Below are positions 1 through 13,470 of a stretch of DNA of 64,000 bases, in pieces. This DNA comes from Hypanus sabinus (lineage: Eukaryota), in assembly GCF_030144855.1 (NCBI RefSeq), contig NC_082731.1, forward strand, positions 10,354,001 to 10,418,000. The letters are read 5' to 3'. Made by a program: the position numbers and the translations under genes. Each line of letters starts with the position of its first letter. Positions within the stretch are counted from its first letter, which is position 1. The notes below the pieces were generated by a model. The model saw nothing but the letters and a program-made list of their open reading frames with translations, had not been told where the DNA came from and made no database searches.

Positions 1-139
1 TGTTTTTGTGCCTGAATTACAGATAGCAATCAAGAAACGTTTTACTAACTATTTCTCAGTATTAACTGTAGAAAAGGTTGCCATCATTATGGGCTTGCAG
101 GGGCTGGAGGAAACTGTCCTTGCAAAGTTATAATTTGAG

Positions 140-1590
140 TCACAGACACATAGAAAATCTACAGCACAATATTGTACAGCACTTTCGGCCCACAAAGTTG
201 TGCTGAACATGTCCCTGCCTTAGAAATTACTAGGGTTACACATAACCCCCTATTTTTCTAAGCTCCATGTACCTATGCAAAAGGCCCTTAAAAGACCCTA
301 TGGTATCCACCTCTACCACCATTGCCGGCTGCCCATTCCACGCACTCACCATCACTCTCTGCGTAAAAGAAACTAACCCCTGACATCTCCTCTGTACCTA
401 CTACCAAGAACCTTAAACCTGTGCCGTCTTGTGGCAGCCACTTCAGCCCTGGGAAAAAGCCTGTGACTATCCACGTGATCCATACCGCTTATGATCTTAT
501 ACACCTCTATCAGGTCACCTCTCATCCTCCATCGCTCAAAGGAGAATAGGCTGTGCATTCAACCTGCTTTCATAAGGCATGCCCCCCAATCCAGGCAACA
601 TCCTTGTAAATCTTCTCTACATCCTTTCTGTGGCTTCCAAATCTTTCCTGTAGTGAGGCTACCAGAAATGAGCACGGTACTCTGTGGGGTCTCACCAGAC
701 TCCTATACAGCTTCAACATTACCTCTCGGTTCCTAAATTCAATTCCACGATTGATGAAGGCCAATACACAGAATGCCTTCTTAACTCGAATCAACCTGCA
801 CAGCTGCTTTGACCACCCTATAGACTCGGACCCCAAGATCCCTGTGGCCCTCCACACCTCCGAGAGTCTTGCCATTAATACGATATTCTGCAATCATATT
901 TGTCCTATGAAAATGAACCACTTCACACTTATCTGGGTTGAACTCCATCTGCCTCTTCTCAGCCCAGTTTTGCATCCTATCAATGTTCCGCTGTAAACTC
1001 TGACAGTACTCCACACTATCCACAACACCTCCAACCTTTGTGTCATTAGCATGCTTACTAACCCATCCCTCATCTAGATCATTTATAAAAGTCACGAAGA
1101 GTAAGGGTCCCAGAACAGATCTCTGAGGCACACCACTGGTTACCGAACTCCATGCAGAATATGACGCATCTACAACCACTCTTTGCTTTCTGTGGGCGAG
1201 CCAGTTCTGGATCCACAAAGCAAAGTCCCTTGGATCCCATGTCTGGTTACTTTCTCATTACGTCTTTCTGAAATCCATATACTGCATCTACAGCTAATGC
1301 TCTTCCTTCGTCAATGTGTTTAATCACACTTTAAAAAAATTAATCAGGCTCATAAGGCACAACCTGCCCTTGACAAAACCATGCTGACTATTCCTAATCA
1401 TATTATACCTCTCCAAATATTCATTAATCCTGCCTCTCAGGATCTTCTCCATCAACTTACCAACCACTGAAGGGAGACTCACTGGTCTATAATTTTCTAC
1501 TTCCTTTCTGGAATAAGGAAGCAACATCCGCCATCCTCCAGAACCTCTCCCATTCAAATCGATAATACAAAGATCATCGCCAGTGGCTCA
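140..1590 (-). mobile_element. CR1-clade LINE, 3' fragment (degenerate RT C-terminus and 3' UTR)
   Basis: Minus ORFs 373-558, 570-893, 781-1218 and 1324-1557 carry CR1 motifs (YRPVSLPSVVGKLME, SQHGFVKGR, GVPQRSVLGP, EFNPDKCEV, LRGDLIEVYK) broken by stops and frameshifts; catagaaa-type tail near 145. Confidence 0.9.
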
Positions 1591-1666
1591 GCAGTCTCCT
1601 CCCTTGCCTCCCACAGTAGCCTGGGGTATATCTGATCTGGTCCTGGCGACTTATCCAACTTCCAGA

Positions 1667-2830
1667 AACACACACAAAATGCTGGTGAGATGCAACAGGC
1701 CAGGCAGCATCCATAGGAAGAAGTACAGTCAACATCAGGATAAATGAAAGAAGAGATATTAAGAGATTTAAAAGGAGAAGGGGGAGATCTGAAATGATAG
1801 GAGAAGACAGGAGGGGGAGGGATGAAGCTAAGAGCTGGAAAGTTGATTGGCAGAAGGGATACACAGCTGGAGAAGGGAGAGGATCATGGGACGGGAGGTC
1901 TGGGAGAAAGAAAGGGGGAGGGGAGCACTGGAGGAAGATGGAGAGCAGGCAAGGAGTTATTGTGTGCAGGGTGGAGAGAGAAAAAAGAGGAAAAAAACAG
2001 GGAAAAAAATAAATAAGGGATGTGGTAAGAAGGGGAGGAGGGTCATTAACGGAAGTTAGAGAAATCAATGTTCATGCCATCAGGTTGGAGGATACCCAAT
2101 TGGAATATAAGGAGTTCATCTTCAGAGCAGAGGAGGCCATGGATTGACATATCAGAATGAGAATGGGACGTGGAATTAAAATGTGTGGCCACTGGGACAT
2201 CCTGCTTTCTCTGGAGGACAGAGCATAGATGTTAGCGAAATGGTCTCCTATTCTGCATCGAGTCTCACCAATATATAAAAGGCTGCACCGGGACGACAGA
2301 TGCAGTATATCACACCAGCCGACTCACAGATGAAGTGTCACCTCACCTGAAAGGACTGTCTGGGGCACTGAAAGGTGGTGAGGGAGGAAGTGTAAGGGCA
2401 TGTGTTGCACTTGTTCCACTTACAAGGATAAGTACCAGGAGGGAGTTTGGTGGAAAGGGTTGGGGGAGGACAAATCGACAAGGGAGTCATGTAGTGAGCG
2501 ATCCCTGCGGAAAGCAGTAAGAGGGGGACAGCGAAAGATATGCTTAGTGGTGCGATCCCGTTGGAGGTGGCGGAAGTTACAGAGAATTGTATGTTTGACC
2601 TGGAGGCTGTTGGAATGGTAGGTGAGGAAAAGGGGAATCCTATCCCTAGTGGGTGGCAGAAGGACAGGATGAGAGCAGATGTGTGTGAAATGGGAGAGAT
2701 GTGTTTCAGAGCAGAGTTGATGCTGGAGGAAGGGAAGCCCCTTTCTTTATAAAATGAAGACAGCTCCTTCGTCCTGGACTGAAAAGCTTCATTCTGACAG
2801 CAGATGCGGAGGAGTCGGAGGAATTTCGAG
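1667..2830 (-). mobile_element. Penelope-like retroelement fragment with GIY-YIG endonuclease remnant and terminal repeat
   Basis: Minus strand reads SFQVR*HFICESAGVIYCI..LYIGET across a frameshift (GIY-YIG); ORF 2338-2838 has FYKERGFPSS; acacacaaaatgctgg terminal repeat at ~1670. Confidence 0.75.
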
Positions 2831-4269
2831 AATTCCAACTTGATGCTTTACAAAAGCTCCAGCACATCCTCTTTCTTAATATCTACATACTCAAGCTATA
2901 TCTATGTGCTCAAGCTTGTTCCAATTCTTTTTCGGCTTTGACTGGTATTAAAACAGGTTATTCTAGCAGTAGGGTAGATGTACTGCTGGAAGCTCTTCAA
3001 ACTTTATTTCATATTCAAAGTATTAGTTTACATGTTTACTTCTTATGGGTCCTTGTACATAGCTGCTGAGAGGAGTTTTGTTAGGACTGGCGTCCCTACT
3101 TCTGGAACCATCTGGAATACATTTGAACAAAATATGCACACGCTCCACACATTAATTAACACTATTGTCTCCTATTGGACACCGCGATCTACAGTGAGGG
3201 ACACATTTTCTTTCAGCTCCGTTGAGAAATACATCAGTTCAAGCTGCATTTGAAATAACAGTTCACTCATCCCCTTTGCATCCCTTTGCCTCCCAACTCC
3301 AATAGTATTGTTAGGAACAGGCTCCTGTGGCAGGATGCAGGCTGATGCTGTTGTGGGTTCTCGTGCCCCACAAATGACCAGGAGACACGGAAGATTCTTC
3401 AAGAAGGGTTACACTTTAATTTGCAAATCAAAGCTGAGACAGTCATTGAGCTAGTCGCTGATTGCCCACCGATCCTCCTCGGACCCAGCATTTTTTATAG
3501 CAATCTCCTGGCCCAGTTGCATTAGCATATGTAATCAGTCTATAGTTGCATATCCCACGTACACTATTGTTTTTATCCATTCACTTAATCATGTTCTAAT
3601 CTACATCTCTTAGCTACCTCTCATTAACACACCATTGTCTTCTACATTTTTAGGATACATGCATAGCAAATAGCAAACTCAGAACTGACCAAAATTTATA
3701 TTCCAATAATGCCAGCCTCACCGAGTAATCAAGAGGCAACATTTGGCATGCCCTTGTTGAAACAGTGCAAAGAGAAGTCAAGGGTACAACGCCTAGTTCA
3801 TCTTCAGAATCTGGTGCTAATTATTTGTATTGAAACAGAGGTAGACACCCTTATCCTTTGCCTGTTCTTCCTCTGCTTTCTAATTTTCTAGCTTTTACTC
3901 ACGTTGTCTTCTTTTACAAGACTCATCTCAATGTTTTCACATTTCACATCTACATTCAACAATCTATCGCCTTCCCACATTTACCTTTCTCTAACAAAGG
4001 CTGTAGACACTCACTTAGTCCATTCCAACCCATACAATGTATTTAACATTCTTAATTGTATGTAAAGGAAATTGAAACAACTGATGATATTTTGATTGCC
4101 CCTTATTTTTTGGGTGTATTTCACATCATTCTGTTTTTATAATCTCATCTGTCTCAGGCATCCACCATATAAAGAGAATCTACATTCAAGGCTAATTACC
4201 CACTGCCACGTTCATTCTCACCTATCTGTCTGCATTGGCAATATTGGCGCTGGCAGTCTCACTTTAAAG

Positions 4270-4470
4270 CAAAGAAGGGAAAATTTGCCGAAGCTGGAAA
4301 TCTAAGCACGCACACAAAATGCTGGAGGAGCTCAGCAGACCAGGCAGGGTCTGTGGAAAAGTGTACAGGACACCGATGAACGGGCTCAGCCCAAAAAATC
4401 GACTGTACTGTTTTTTTTTTTCCATAGATGCTGCCTGGCCTGCTGAGTTCCTCTGGCATTTTGCATGTGT
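4270..4470. repeat. Palindromic (head-to-head) Penelope-like terminal repeat
   Basis: cacacaaaatgctggaggagctcagcag... is mirrored by ...cctgctgagttcctctggcattttgcatgtgt; degenerate CCGATGAAcGGG..GCCC core. Confidence 0.75.
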
Positions 4471-5789
4471 CACTTTAAAAATTTGACTAAACACTGCCGA
4501 GGTCATCCTCTACTGGATGTTGCATTTAACACTTGCCTGGCCATGACTTCCACAGTATGCAGAGGCCACAATACGCAATGTGTTCCCACCTGGAATGTTT
4601 AGCCTATAATCACACTATCACTGAATATGTTTCTCGCTCCTATCTTCCCTGCGTCCTTTCATCTCAGTCAGGGAATAGAGTGGTCAGGGGTTGTGGCATT
4701 CACCGTGGGTGGAAAATTGCATTACCGTAACTCGAAAGCTGCCAGTCTGCTCACGTTGGAAGAACAATATAATACTTGTATGCATCTCTCGGTTCTTTAC
4801 TTACATCGGTAGACCAATTTGATTTGGAAAGTTTTTTCATTTCTAATAGAAAAAGGTGATGGCCTTGAGATGCATCAATTATCTGCGCAAGTACTGGCTC
4901 CCTGTACAGCTGTTTAAATAACGCAACCTGATGGAGCACACGTACTCCCACCATAGTAGCAGGAATAACATCCCAATTCCTTTACACCAGGATGAAAACC
5001 ATTCAGCATAGTTAAAACCCAGAAGAAGCTAAACTCTGATCCTGTTGCCCGTCAAGCAAGAGCTTGTGTTGAATCACCTGAGGTCCCAAATCATGGGAAA
5101 ATATATCATCTCGGCAATAGATTATATGCTTGTTGCAGTTATAACTGATACTATTTGTCTTTTACTTGAAACATGTTACTGTCAAAATGTCAACAAAGGG
5201 AATGCAATAAAATGCTCATGGACTGCTTTTTAACCACTGGAAATACTGTCTCATTTACTCATTTACTCAGAATGCTAATTAAACCTGTATGTTGAGAAAA
5301 GGAAATAAGTTAGAGATTTCAATCATACAAACAACTTTCTCTGAGGCCGAAGACCAATCAAATCATATTCTGGAGAATTGGACGCATTCTAAAAGAACAG
5401 TACTAATAAACTAGCATAATTAATTTTATTGATGACTGTTCCCTTAGCAATAATGTTAATAAAATAATTAATTTGTTTGCTCGTCACTGTCAAAGAAATT
5501 GAATCTGTAACTTCCCAACTAATTGAGAGCTCAATTATTTAAATTGTTGATTTTGATACACTTTGTAATACGCCATTGAATATTATAAGACTTTTGTTAC
5601 AATTATTGCTCTTTTATTGAAACAACTATCATATATCGTCACCTGAAAGTCAAAGTCAGAAATTTCCAGTCATAAAATCTTGAAAAGAGCGAGGGGAATA
5701 AAGTTTAAAATGCAATGCTATTTTCATGCAAATGGTTCATAATTTTTGGTCACAACAAGATGTAGTGGAATTTAAATCTCAAAGCTTCA

Positions 5790-6600
5790 CAATTTTGTAT
5801 GGGGATGATCATGCCTCATGAGCAAGACTCAGCTTCTGGAAGAGGTTAAAAAATCTATGAAGGTAAAATAGTGAATGTGGTTTACATGAATTTTGGAAAG
5901 TGTTTGACAAGGTTCCCCAAGCAAGCTTTTTACAGAATGACATGAGATATGGAATCCAAGGAAACCTGACTGCATGGATTTGAATTGTCTTGCCGGCAGA
6001 AGGCAGAGGATGGATGAAGATGGAGAGTTTTATTTCTGGAGGTTGGTGATGGGTGGTGTTTTGCAAGGGTTGTTCTGTGTGAGGTTTATAAATTAAGTGG
6101 ACAAGGAAGTGAAAGGGTGTGTTAGTAGATCTACAGCTGTCACAGACATATGTTATTTATGGTATACATCGTTGTCATACTTTACAATAAGATATAGGCA
6201 GGATGTATAATGAAATAGCAAATGGAGATCAATCCAGAGAAGTGAGAAGTGATACACTTTGAAAGGTTGAACTTGAAGAAAGCACAGGGTTAACAACAGG
6301 ATATTTAGAGGTGAAGAGGAACAGAGAGGTATCGATGTCTGAGAGTAAACGCTAGAGGAGATATCAAAATAGATTTTTTGTTTACACAGCGAGTGCTCGG
6401 TGCATGTAACTGTTTGCTATGGTCCTCGTAAAGCCATATACAATAGGAACATTTACGAGACTTTCAGATAGGGCTACAGGTGTAAGAAAATGGAGGGTTA
6501 TGGGCTGTGTAAGAGGGAGCAGTATAATTGATCATCTAGTGGGTTTATATAGGTCAACACAACATCTTGGTCCAAGGCCTGAACTGTTCCCTGTTCCAAG
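5790..6600 (+). mobile_element. CR1-clade LINE fragment, heavily degenerate
   Basis: tttgacaaggttcccca, atggaatccaagg and CR1-type 3' UTR (gggttatgggc...aggcctg) recognisable; no open frame. Confidence 0.7.
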
Positions 6601-7020
6601 TTGCAAATTTATAGTGCCACGCAGAATTGAATCAATTGATGCTGAATGTCATCACGTGATAGTAACATAAACTAGGGCAAGGAAATATTTCTTAAAGGAT
6701 AACAGGCATGTTAAGATACCAGAACATTTACCGACGGAATTCGAGCACCTCGAAAATTAAAAGCTAATTGTAACGTGACAAAATATGGGTTTGTCCAATA
6801 GGAGAGAATTAGAGAACTGAATTGAAATTATATGCTCCTTCATCTTTAAAGCTGAAGCAATTAATTTAAATAGTAGAATAACTTAAAAAAAGAATATGAA
6901 CTTTAGACTGGATAAATGCAGAATATTAAAAGTAAAGAAAGGTTCAACAGAGCTAACAGAATATAAAACAGTGCAGCAAATGCAAACAACCAATGGATGT
7001 CTATGAAACATAAGACTATA

Positions 7021-7245
7021 AGACAGCACACTCAAAATGCTGGTGGAACAAAGCAGGCCAGGCAGCGTTATAGGGAGAAGCACTGTCGACGTTTTGGGCC
7101 GAGACGCTTCGTCAGGACCTGATGAAGGGTCTCGGCCCAAAACCTCGACAGTGCTACTCCTTATAGATCCTGCCTGGCCTGCTGTGTTCCAACAGCATTT
7201 TGTCTGTGTGGTTTGAATTTACAGCATCTGCAGATTTCCTCGTGT
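7021..7245. repeat. Palindromic Penelope-like terminal repeat
   Basis: Inverted arms centred near 7117: gtcgacgttttgggccgagacgcttcgtcagg / cctgatgaagggtctcggcccaaaacctcgac, with flanking arms also complementary. Confidence 0.85.
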
Positions 7246-7249
7246 TTGA

Positions 7250-9680
7250 TAGATAGCAGTAGAATTGGGCCAATCAGCCCATTGTGTCCTCTCTGACATT
7301 CCATCATGGCTGATCCCAGATCCCACTTGAACCAATACTAACCTCCTCGCCATAATCTCCGATGTCCTGACCAATCAGGAGACTATCAATTTTCTTTCTA
7401 AATATACCCACGGTCTTGACCTCCACAGTTGTCTGCAGCGAAGTATTCTGTATATTCACTACTCTCTAGCTAAGACAAGTCTTCCTTACCTCTGTTCTAA
7501 AGGGTTGGGTCGCCTCTCAATTTTTGAGACTATGCCCTTTAATTCTGTACACCACCATGGGGAAAGTTCTCTCCTATATCCACCCCTCCTTATCTAGACC
7601 TTTCAACATTCTCCAGGTTTCAATGGGATCCACATGCATTCTTCTGAGTTTTAGTGAGTACAGGCCCAACGATGCCAAATGTTCTTCATATGTTAACCCG
7701 TTCATTTCTGAAATCATTCATGTGAACCTCCTCTGGATTCTCTCCAATGACAACTCATTCTCTCAGAGATAGGGGGGCCAAAACCAGTGACAATACTCCA
7801 TGTATGGCCTGACTAGTGTTGAATATATCCTCTGCATTATCTCCTCATTTTTTGTATTTTAAAATATAAAATGACATGTCTGACAACATTGCATTTGCCT
7901 TCTTAATCACAGACTCAAGCTGTAACTTAACCTTTTTGGAGACTTGCACGAGGACTCCTGAGTCCACTTGCATCTCTGATATTTGAATTTTCTCCCCATT
8001 TAGATAATAGTCTGCACTTCTGTTCCTTTTAGCAAAATACGTTGTCATACATTTAAGAATACTGTATTCCATCTGCCACTCTTTTGCCCATTCTTCCAAT
8101 TTGTCTAAGTCCTGCTGAAATCACATTGCTTTCTTGGCACCATCTACCTCACCCCCCACTCTGCCACCTGTCTTCATATCATCTGCAAACTTTGCCACAA
8201 AGCCATTAATTCCATGATATATATCACTGAGAAGGAATGTGAAAAGTAGTGGTCCCAATACTGACACCTGAGTAACACCACTGGTCAAGAGCAGCAAGCC
8301 AGAAAAGGCCCCCTTTATTCCCATCTTGCTGCCTCCTGCCTGTCAGTCATTTCTCTATCCATGCCAGTATCTTTCCTGCATGGGAGTCTATCTCATTATG
8401 CAGCCTTCTGAAAATCCAAGTAAATGGAATCCGCTGCCTCTCCATTATCCACCCTGCTTGTTCCTTCCTTGAAGAACTCTAACAGATTTCTCAGGGAAAA
8501 TTTCCCATTGCAGCAACCATGCTGTCTTTGACTTATTTTATTATAAGTCACCAAGAACACCTAAACCTCAAACTTAATAATGGACTGCAACACTTTCACA
8601 GCCACTGAGTTTCAGCTAATTGTCCTATAATTTCCTTTATTTTGCCTTCCTTTTTTCCTAAAACAGTAGTGACATTTGAATTTTTCCAGTGCTCCAGAAC
8701 TATGCCAGTATCAAATGATTCTTGAAAGATCATGAACAATGCATCTGCTATCTCTTCAGCTACCTCTTTCAGAACTCTAAAATATTGTCCATCTGGTCCA
8801 GGTGTTTGACCTATCTTAAGACCTTTCAGTTTGCCTAGTACTTTTTCCTTTGTAATAGCAATAGCACGTATTCCTGCTGTCTGACATTCACGGACCTCTG
8901 GCACTCTACTCGTGTCTTGCACAGTGAAGACAGATGAAAAGTACTCATTAAGTTCATTTGTCATTTCTTTACCCCCCCCCCCTCCCATATTTCTGCCTCA
9001 CCGGCATCATGTTCCAGTGGTCCAATATCAACTCTCACTCCCCATTTACTCTTCATATAACTGAAAAGAAACTTCCGGTATCTTGCTTTATTGGCTAGTC
9101 TGCCCTCATATTTCACTTGTTTCTCCTCTTACAGATATTTTTAGTTGTCTTTTGTTGAATTTTTAAAACTTCCCAGTCACCTGACTTCTGACTCACTTTT
9201 GTTACATCAAATGCACTTTCCTTGTTTTTTGTGCAGCCCTTAACTTTCCCTGTCAGCCATGGCTACCTACTCTTGACACTTGGGAACTACGTCTTCTGTG
9301 GGACATACCTATCCTGCGCCTTCTGCACTATTCCCAGAAACTTCAGCTACCTCTACTCTGCCATCATCACCACCAGTATCCCCCTCCATTCCACCTGGGA
9401 AAGCTCCTCTATCATGTCTCAGTAATTCCCTTTATTCCATTGCAATACTGTTACATCTGACTTAAACGTTGTCCTCCGAAACAGCAGTCTGAACTCAAAT
9501 ATATTATGATCACCCGTCCCTAATAGTTCCTTTACCTTAAACTCCTTAATAAAATCTGGATTCTTACACAACGCCCAGTCTAAGATAGCCTTAGCCCAAG
9601 TAGGCTCAATCACAAACTACTCTAAAATGCAATCCCGTAGGCATTGAACACATTTCCTCTCTTGTGCTCTGGATTAAGCT
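7250..9680 (-). mobile_element. CR1-clade LINE ORF2 fragments (endonuclease end and RT)
   Basis: Minus ORFs: LNEYFSSVFT, TPGPDG, GVTQVSVLGPLLF, VAKFADDMK, EEWAKEWQMEY, ILDWALCKNPD; many stops and frameshifts. Confidence 0.9.
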
Positions 9681-11521
9681 GATTTGTCCCAATCTCCTTA
9701 CATATTTAAGTTCCCTATTACAATTCCGACATTACTTTGTAATCTGATCAATAACAGGGCCCCTTCTGTGCAATGTCCACTGAGTGCACGGGAAGGACAC
9801 TCGAAAGCCGTAACCCAGAAAAAATGTGTCTAGCTTCAATGGAGGCCGATTTTAGGAGTAGATTTTGGAATTGCGGAAGCAATGTCAAGAAAAAATTCTA
9901 CTTCGGATCCTTTCAACTGTTACCATAATTGTAACATCTGTTTTGCTCAGAGTACTGTCTGTTTTAACTTACTGCCTGAAGGGACACGTTAGACAGTTGT
10001 AGCGCCAGGCTGCCTCTAAATCGTGTGATTTATTACCATATGGAACTGTCATTAAAATAATAATCCTGTTGTTTAACGACAATGTTAAATTTGTACATAT
10101 TGTACTTTTTATGTAGTATATTGCTTTTGGTATAATGTATTAACGAGGAGTCATGGGGTGATGTTTTAGGAAAGAGGTAAACATGATACATCTTTGGTAA
10201 ATACCAAGATTTGCAACACAAAATGTAAGTCTGTACGATAAAATGCTGTCATATGTGAATGTGTTAGCCCAGAATAGAATGTGCCTGAAATCATATCCTT
10301 GAGATTAAATATTGAGGAAGGATGATTTCTTTCTTGCATACCTCCATAATTTAAACTTGATACATAAATTAAGAAAATTGATGTATCTCTATGTTACAGG
10401 AACACAGCTCCGGACATTAATGCATTCTTACTGCACCACACCTTTACTGATTTATATCACAGCATCTGCAGAACAGATCCCTCGTCTCCCATGATGGTGT
10501 TGAAATCATTTGTTTATTTTGCTACTATTACACCCATGAAAATTGATGGAGATGTTACCCTTGTTATCAGTGTCTCTCACCTTTTGCTTTTCCTGCTGCT
10601 CTTGCGGTTTCCATGGTTCAGTCGTAGTCTGAATATTTATGTTGGTTTAATTGCGGATATTGAAATGCATGACATGGTGTGGGTTCGTCCCTGATTTACA
10701 TAATAATGTTTTTGCACTTGCAAGTTCTTAGAATCTAGAAGATTGTCATAAATATTATCTCAGTTAGTAAAATTACTGAAGGATTTAGTATAATAATTTC
10801 GTTATACTGTGATCGATCCACAAATGTATAGCAAGAGTTGTAAATATGTAATGTATGTAGGTCCGTTTAATTCGAAATAAAGATTTAATTCGAAATAAAC
10901 GTTCATCTTGGAGAATGTGATGACACGTTGTGCCAAAACAGTGCGCAGCTAATCAAGTGGAAGTTATTGGCCTGTGACTGAGCACTGGAGCCATGCCGGC
11001 ATCTGCCGTATTATGGCGAATTAATATTTTGGGCCTAAAATTAAAAGCTTATTATTCATTTGGAGGTCCGGGTTTTGTTGTATGCTTTATTTTCAATGCC
11101 TATTTTTTTAAATTCTGTGTCTGTAATTGAGGTGTCTTATCCGTGAAACAGATCGTCCACTTTAAGACATTAGTAGATTTATCTTCAGAGTCTACTGCAT
11201 CCATTTACCGGAATGAAATTTCAGCTCTGGTTTGTTTGGTAAAGGTATATTCTAACTTCCCTCCAAGCTTGCCTGATTTTAAAAGCAGATAAGTTGTCAC
11301 GACAATCATTTCTGACTAAAGAGCTTTTGGAGGTGTTGGAACTGCCATGTGCTCCCACTTTCTCTATAGTGGCAAAGATCTGCAAGTTCACTGAGTGTAA
11401 AACAGCCGATATTGGTACATAGAACAACTGTGAGAATGATCTCAGTCTTTGTTGACAGCAAGGTAATAAGCCTTTTTCTGGAGCGATTATTGATGCTTTA
11501 TGAAATAGATGCTGTATTGAA

Positions 11522-11597
11522 TTTGTGAACGTGCCAGTCCCTTGTTTTAGTTCCCTTACAATGTGGAACTAAAACAAGGAACTGGCACGTTCGCAAA
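11522..11597. other. 76-nt near-perfect hairpin (33-bp stem, 10-nt loop)
   Basis: Left arm tttgtgaacgtgccagtcccttgttttagttcc vs reverse complement of right arm tttgcgaacgtgccagttccttgttttagttcc: 31/33 identical. Confidence 0.9.
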
Positions 11598-11829
11598 ATG
11601 TCAAAAACGCAGGTGAGCTGAGATATTGGAAACAGGAGGTATAATATCTTAGATAACACCTATCAGTTCAAATGACACCCCTGTGAGCTTTGCATTCCTG
11701 GTATGGAGCTTTCAGACCAGATAAAGAGGGCGGTTGAAAAGCAAAAGCAATACGAAATATTGAAGGAATTCAGCAGTTCACGCAGAATCTATGGAGTGAA
11801 ATAAACAGTAGACATTTCCTCCATCGTTA

Positions 11830-12660
11830 ATACTGCACTCATCCACATCTCCTCCATTTCCAGAACATCCACATTTACCTGCCTCCTTAGGAATATATTT
11901 CCCCTTGTTCTCTGCAGCCACCACATGAGTTGACGCATCCGACACATCATTCTCCGAAAATTTTGTCATCTGCAACGGGAGCCTGCCACAAAGGCATCTG
12001 TATCTAATCCCGTCTCAATCTTGCTTTCTGCAGGGATCGTTCCCTCTGTGATCCCCTTGTCTATTCATCGATCCACGCTAAAGCCCTTCCTGGCACTTAA
12101 CCTGCAAGCAGCAGAAGAGCAACACCTGCCCATTCACTTGTCTTTGACTTCTATTCAGGGCCCCAAGCAGTCCTTCCAGCTGAGGCAACACTTAACCTGC
12201 ATACCTGTTGGGGTCGTTTGCTGTATTCAGTGCTCTTGATGCGGCCATGTCTATAGTGGTGAAAAACGATGTACCGCTTTGGGGGACCACTTTGTCAAAC
12301 CCCTCAGCTCTATCGCTAAAAGAAAGATATTTGGGTAGCCAATTTCAATTCCTATAACGATTCCCATTCCAGCATGTCAGTCCATGGCCTTCTCTTCTGC
12401 CACGAAGAGGCCATTCTCAGTTTGGAAGAGCAACAACGCACATTCCTTCTAGTTAGCCTCTAACCTAATGGCATGAACTTAGAAGTCTCCATATTACAGA
12501 AATTAATTTCCCTTCTTAATTTCTGCCTCTTCTTAATTTCCCCACTTTAGCCTCTTGTCTATTTTCCTCGGCTGCCTATTACCCCCAATGGGAACCCTTT
12601 TCCTTCCCTTTCTCCCATAGTTCACTCTTCTCTCCTATCAGATTTCTTCTTCTCCAGCCA
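11830..12660 (+). mobile_element. Penelope-like element fragment (GIY-YIG region)
   Basis: cagggccccaagcagtccttccagctgaggcaacacttaacctgc... matches the same family as 1667-2830 in the opposite orientation. Confidence 0.7.
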
Positions 12661-12669
12661 TCGCCGGAA

Positions 12670-13470
12670 TTTAGTGGATCAGGGGGATCTCATTGAATTC
12701 TTTCGAATATTGAAAGGCCAAGACAAGAGTAGACGTGGAAAGCATGTTTCCCTTGGTGGGAAAGTCTAGGACAAGGGGACACAGCCTCAAGCTAAAGGGG
12801 CGTCCATTTAAAACAGTGATGTGGAAAAAATTCTTCAGCTGGGGATGGTGAATTTGTGAAATTTGAGGCTGATGGATTTTATTCCAAACATGTTTGGGAT
12901 GTTGCACTTCAGTAGGACAAACCAGGGTTTGGAGTATAGTGTGAAGTTTTGGTCACCAACCTACAGGAAATATATAAATACGATTGAAAAAAGCACAGAG
13001 AAAATTTAGAAGTTATGTTGCCAGGATTGGCAGACCTCAGTTATGTGGAAAAATTGAATAGGTTAGGATTTTATTCCTTGGAACATAGAAGATGGAGGGG
13101 AGATTTTATAAAGATATGCAAAATTGTGCGTAAATGTAAGCAAGCTTTTTCCACTGAGGTTGGGTGGCACTGCAACTAGAGGCCATGGATTGGGGTGAAA
13201 GGCGAAGTGTTTGCGGGTATCATGAGGGGAAATGTCTTCACTCAGAGGGTCACAAGAGTGGTGAATGAGCTGCCAGCGCAACCGGAACATTCAAACTCGA
13301 TTTCAACGATTAAGAGGAGTTTGGACAAGTGCATGGATGGGAGTGGTATGGAGGGCTATCGTCCGGGTGCAGGTCGATGTGCATGGCAGTTTAATTCAAT
13401 GGCCACAGACTAGATGTGCTGAATGGCTTTTTACTGCGCTATACATTTCTATGACTCTCACTCTAACCTA
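12670..13470 (+). mobile_element. Two CR1 3'-end fragments
   Basis: ggggatctcattgaa, ggacaaggggacacagcctc, ttcactcagagggt and 3' UTR ctctatgactct tail. Confidence 0.7.

Noticed and set aside
2940-3420. ORFs 2978-3253 (+) and 3172-3402 (-) in apparently unique sequence
   Set aside because: No recognisable motif in the frames I translated and no convincing splice signals.
5726-5733. Isolated ATGCAAAT octamer
   Set aside because: No leader, V or RSS nearby; expected by chance in 64 kb.
11778-11975. ORF with DVDECSINDGG, resembling a calcium-binding EGF domain
   Set aside because: It is the antisense reading of a Penelope-like repeat; the Cys spacing and splice sites of an EGF exon are absent.
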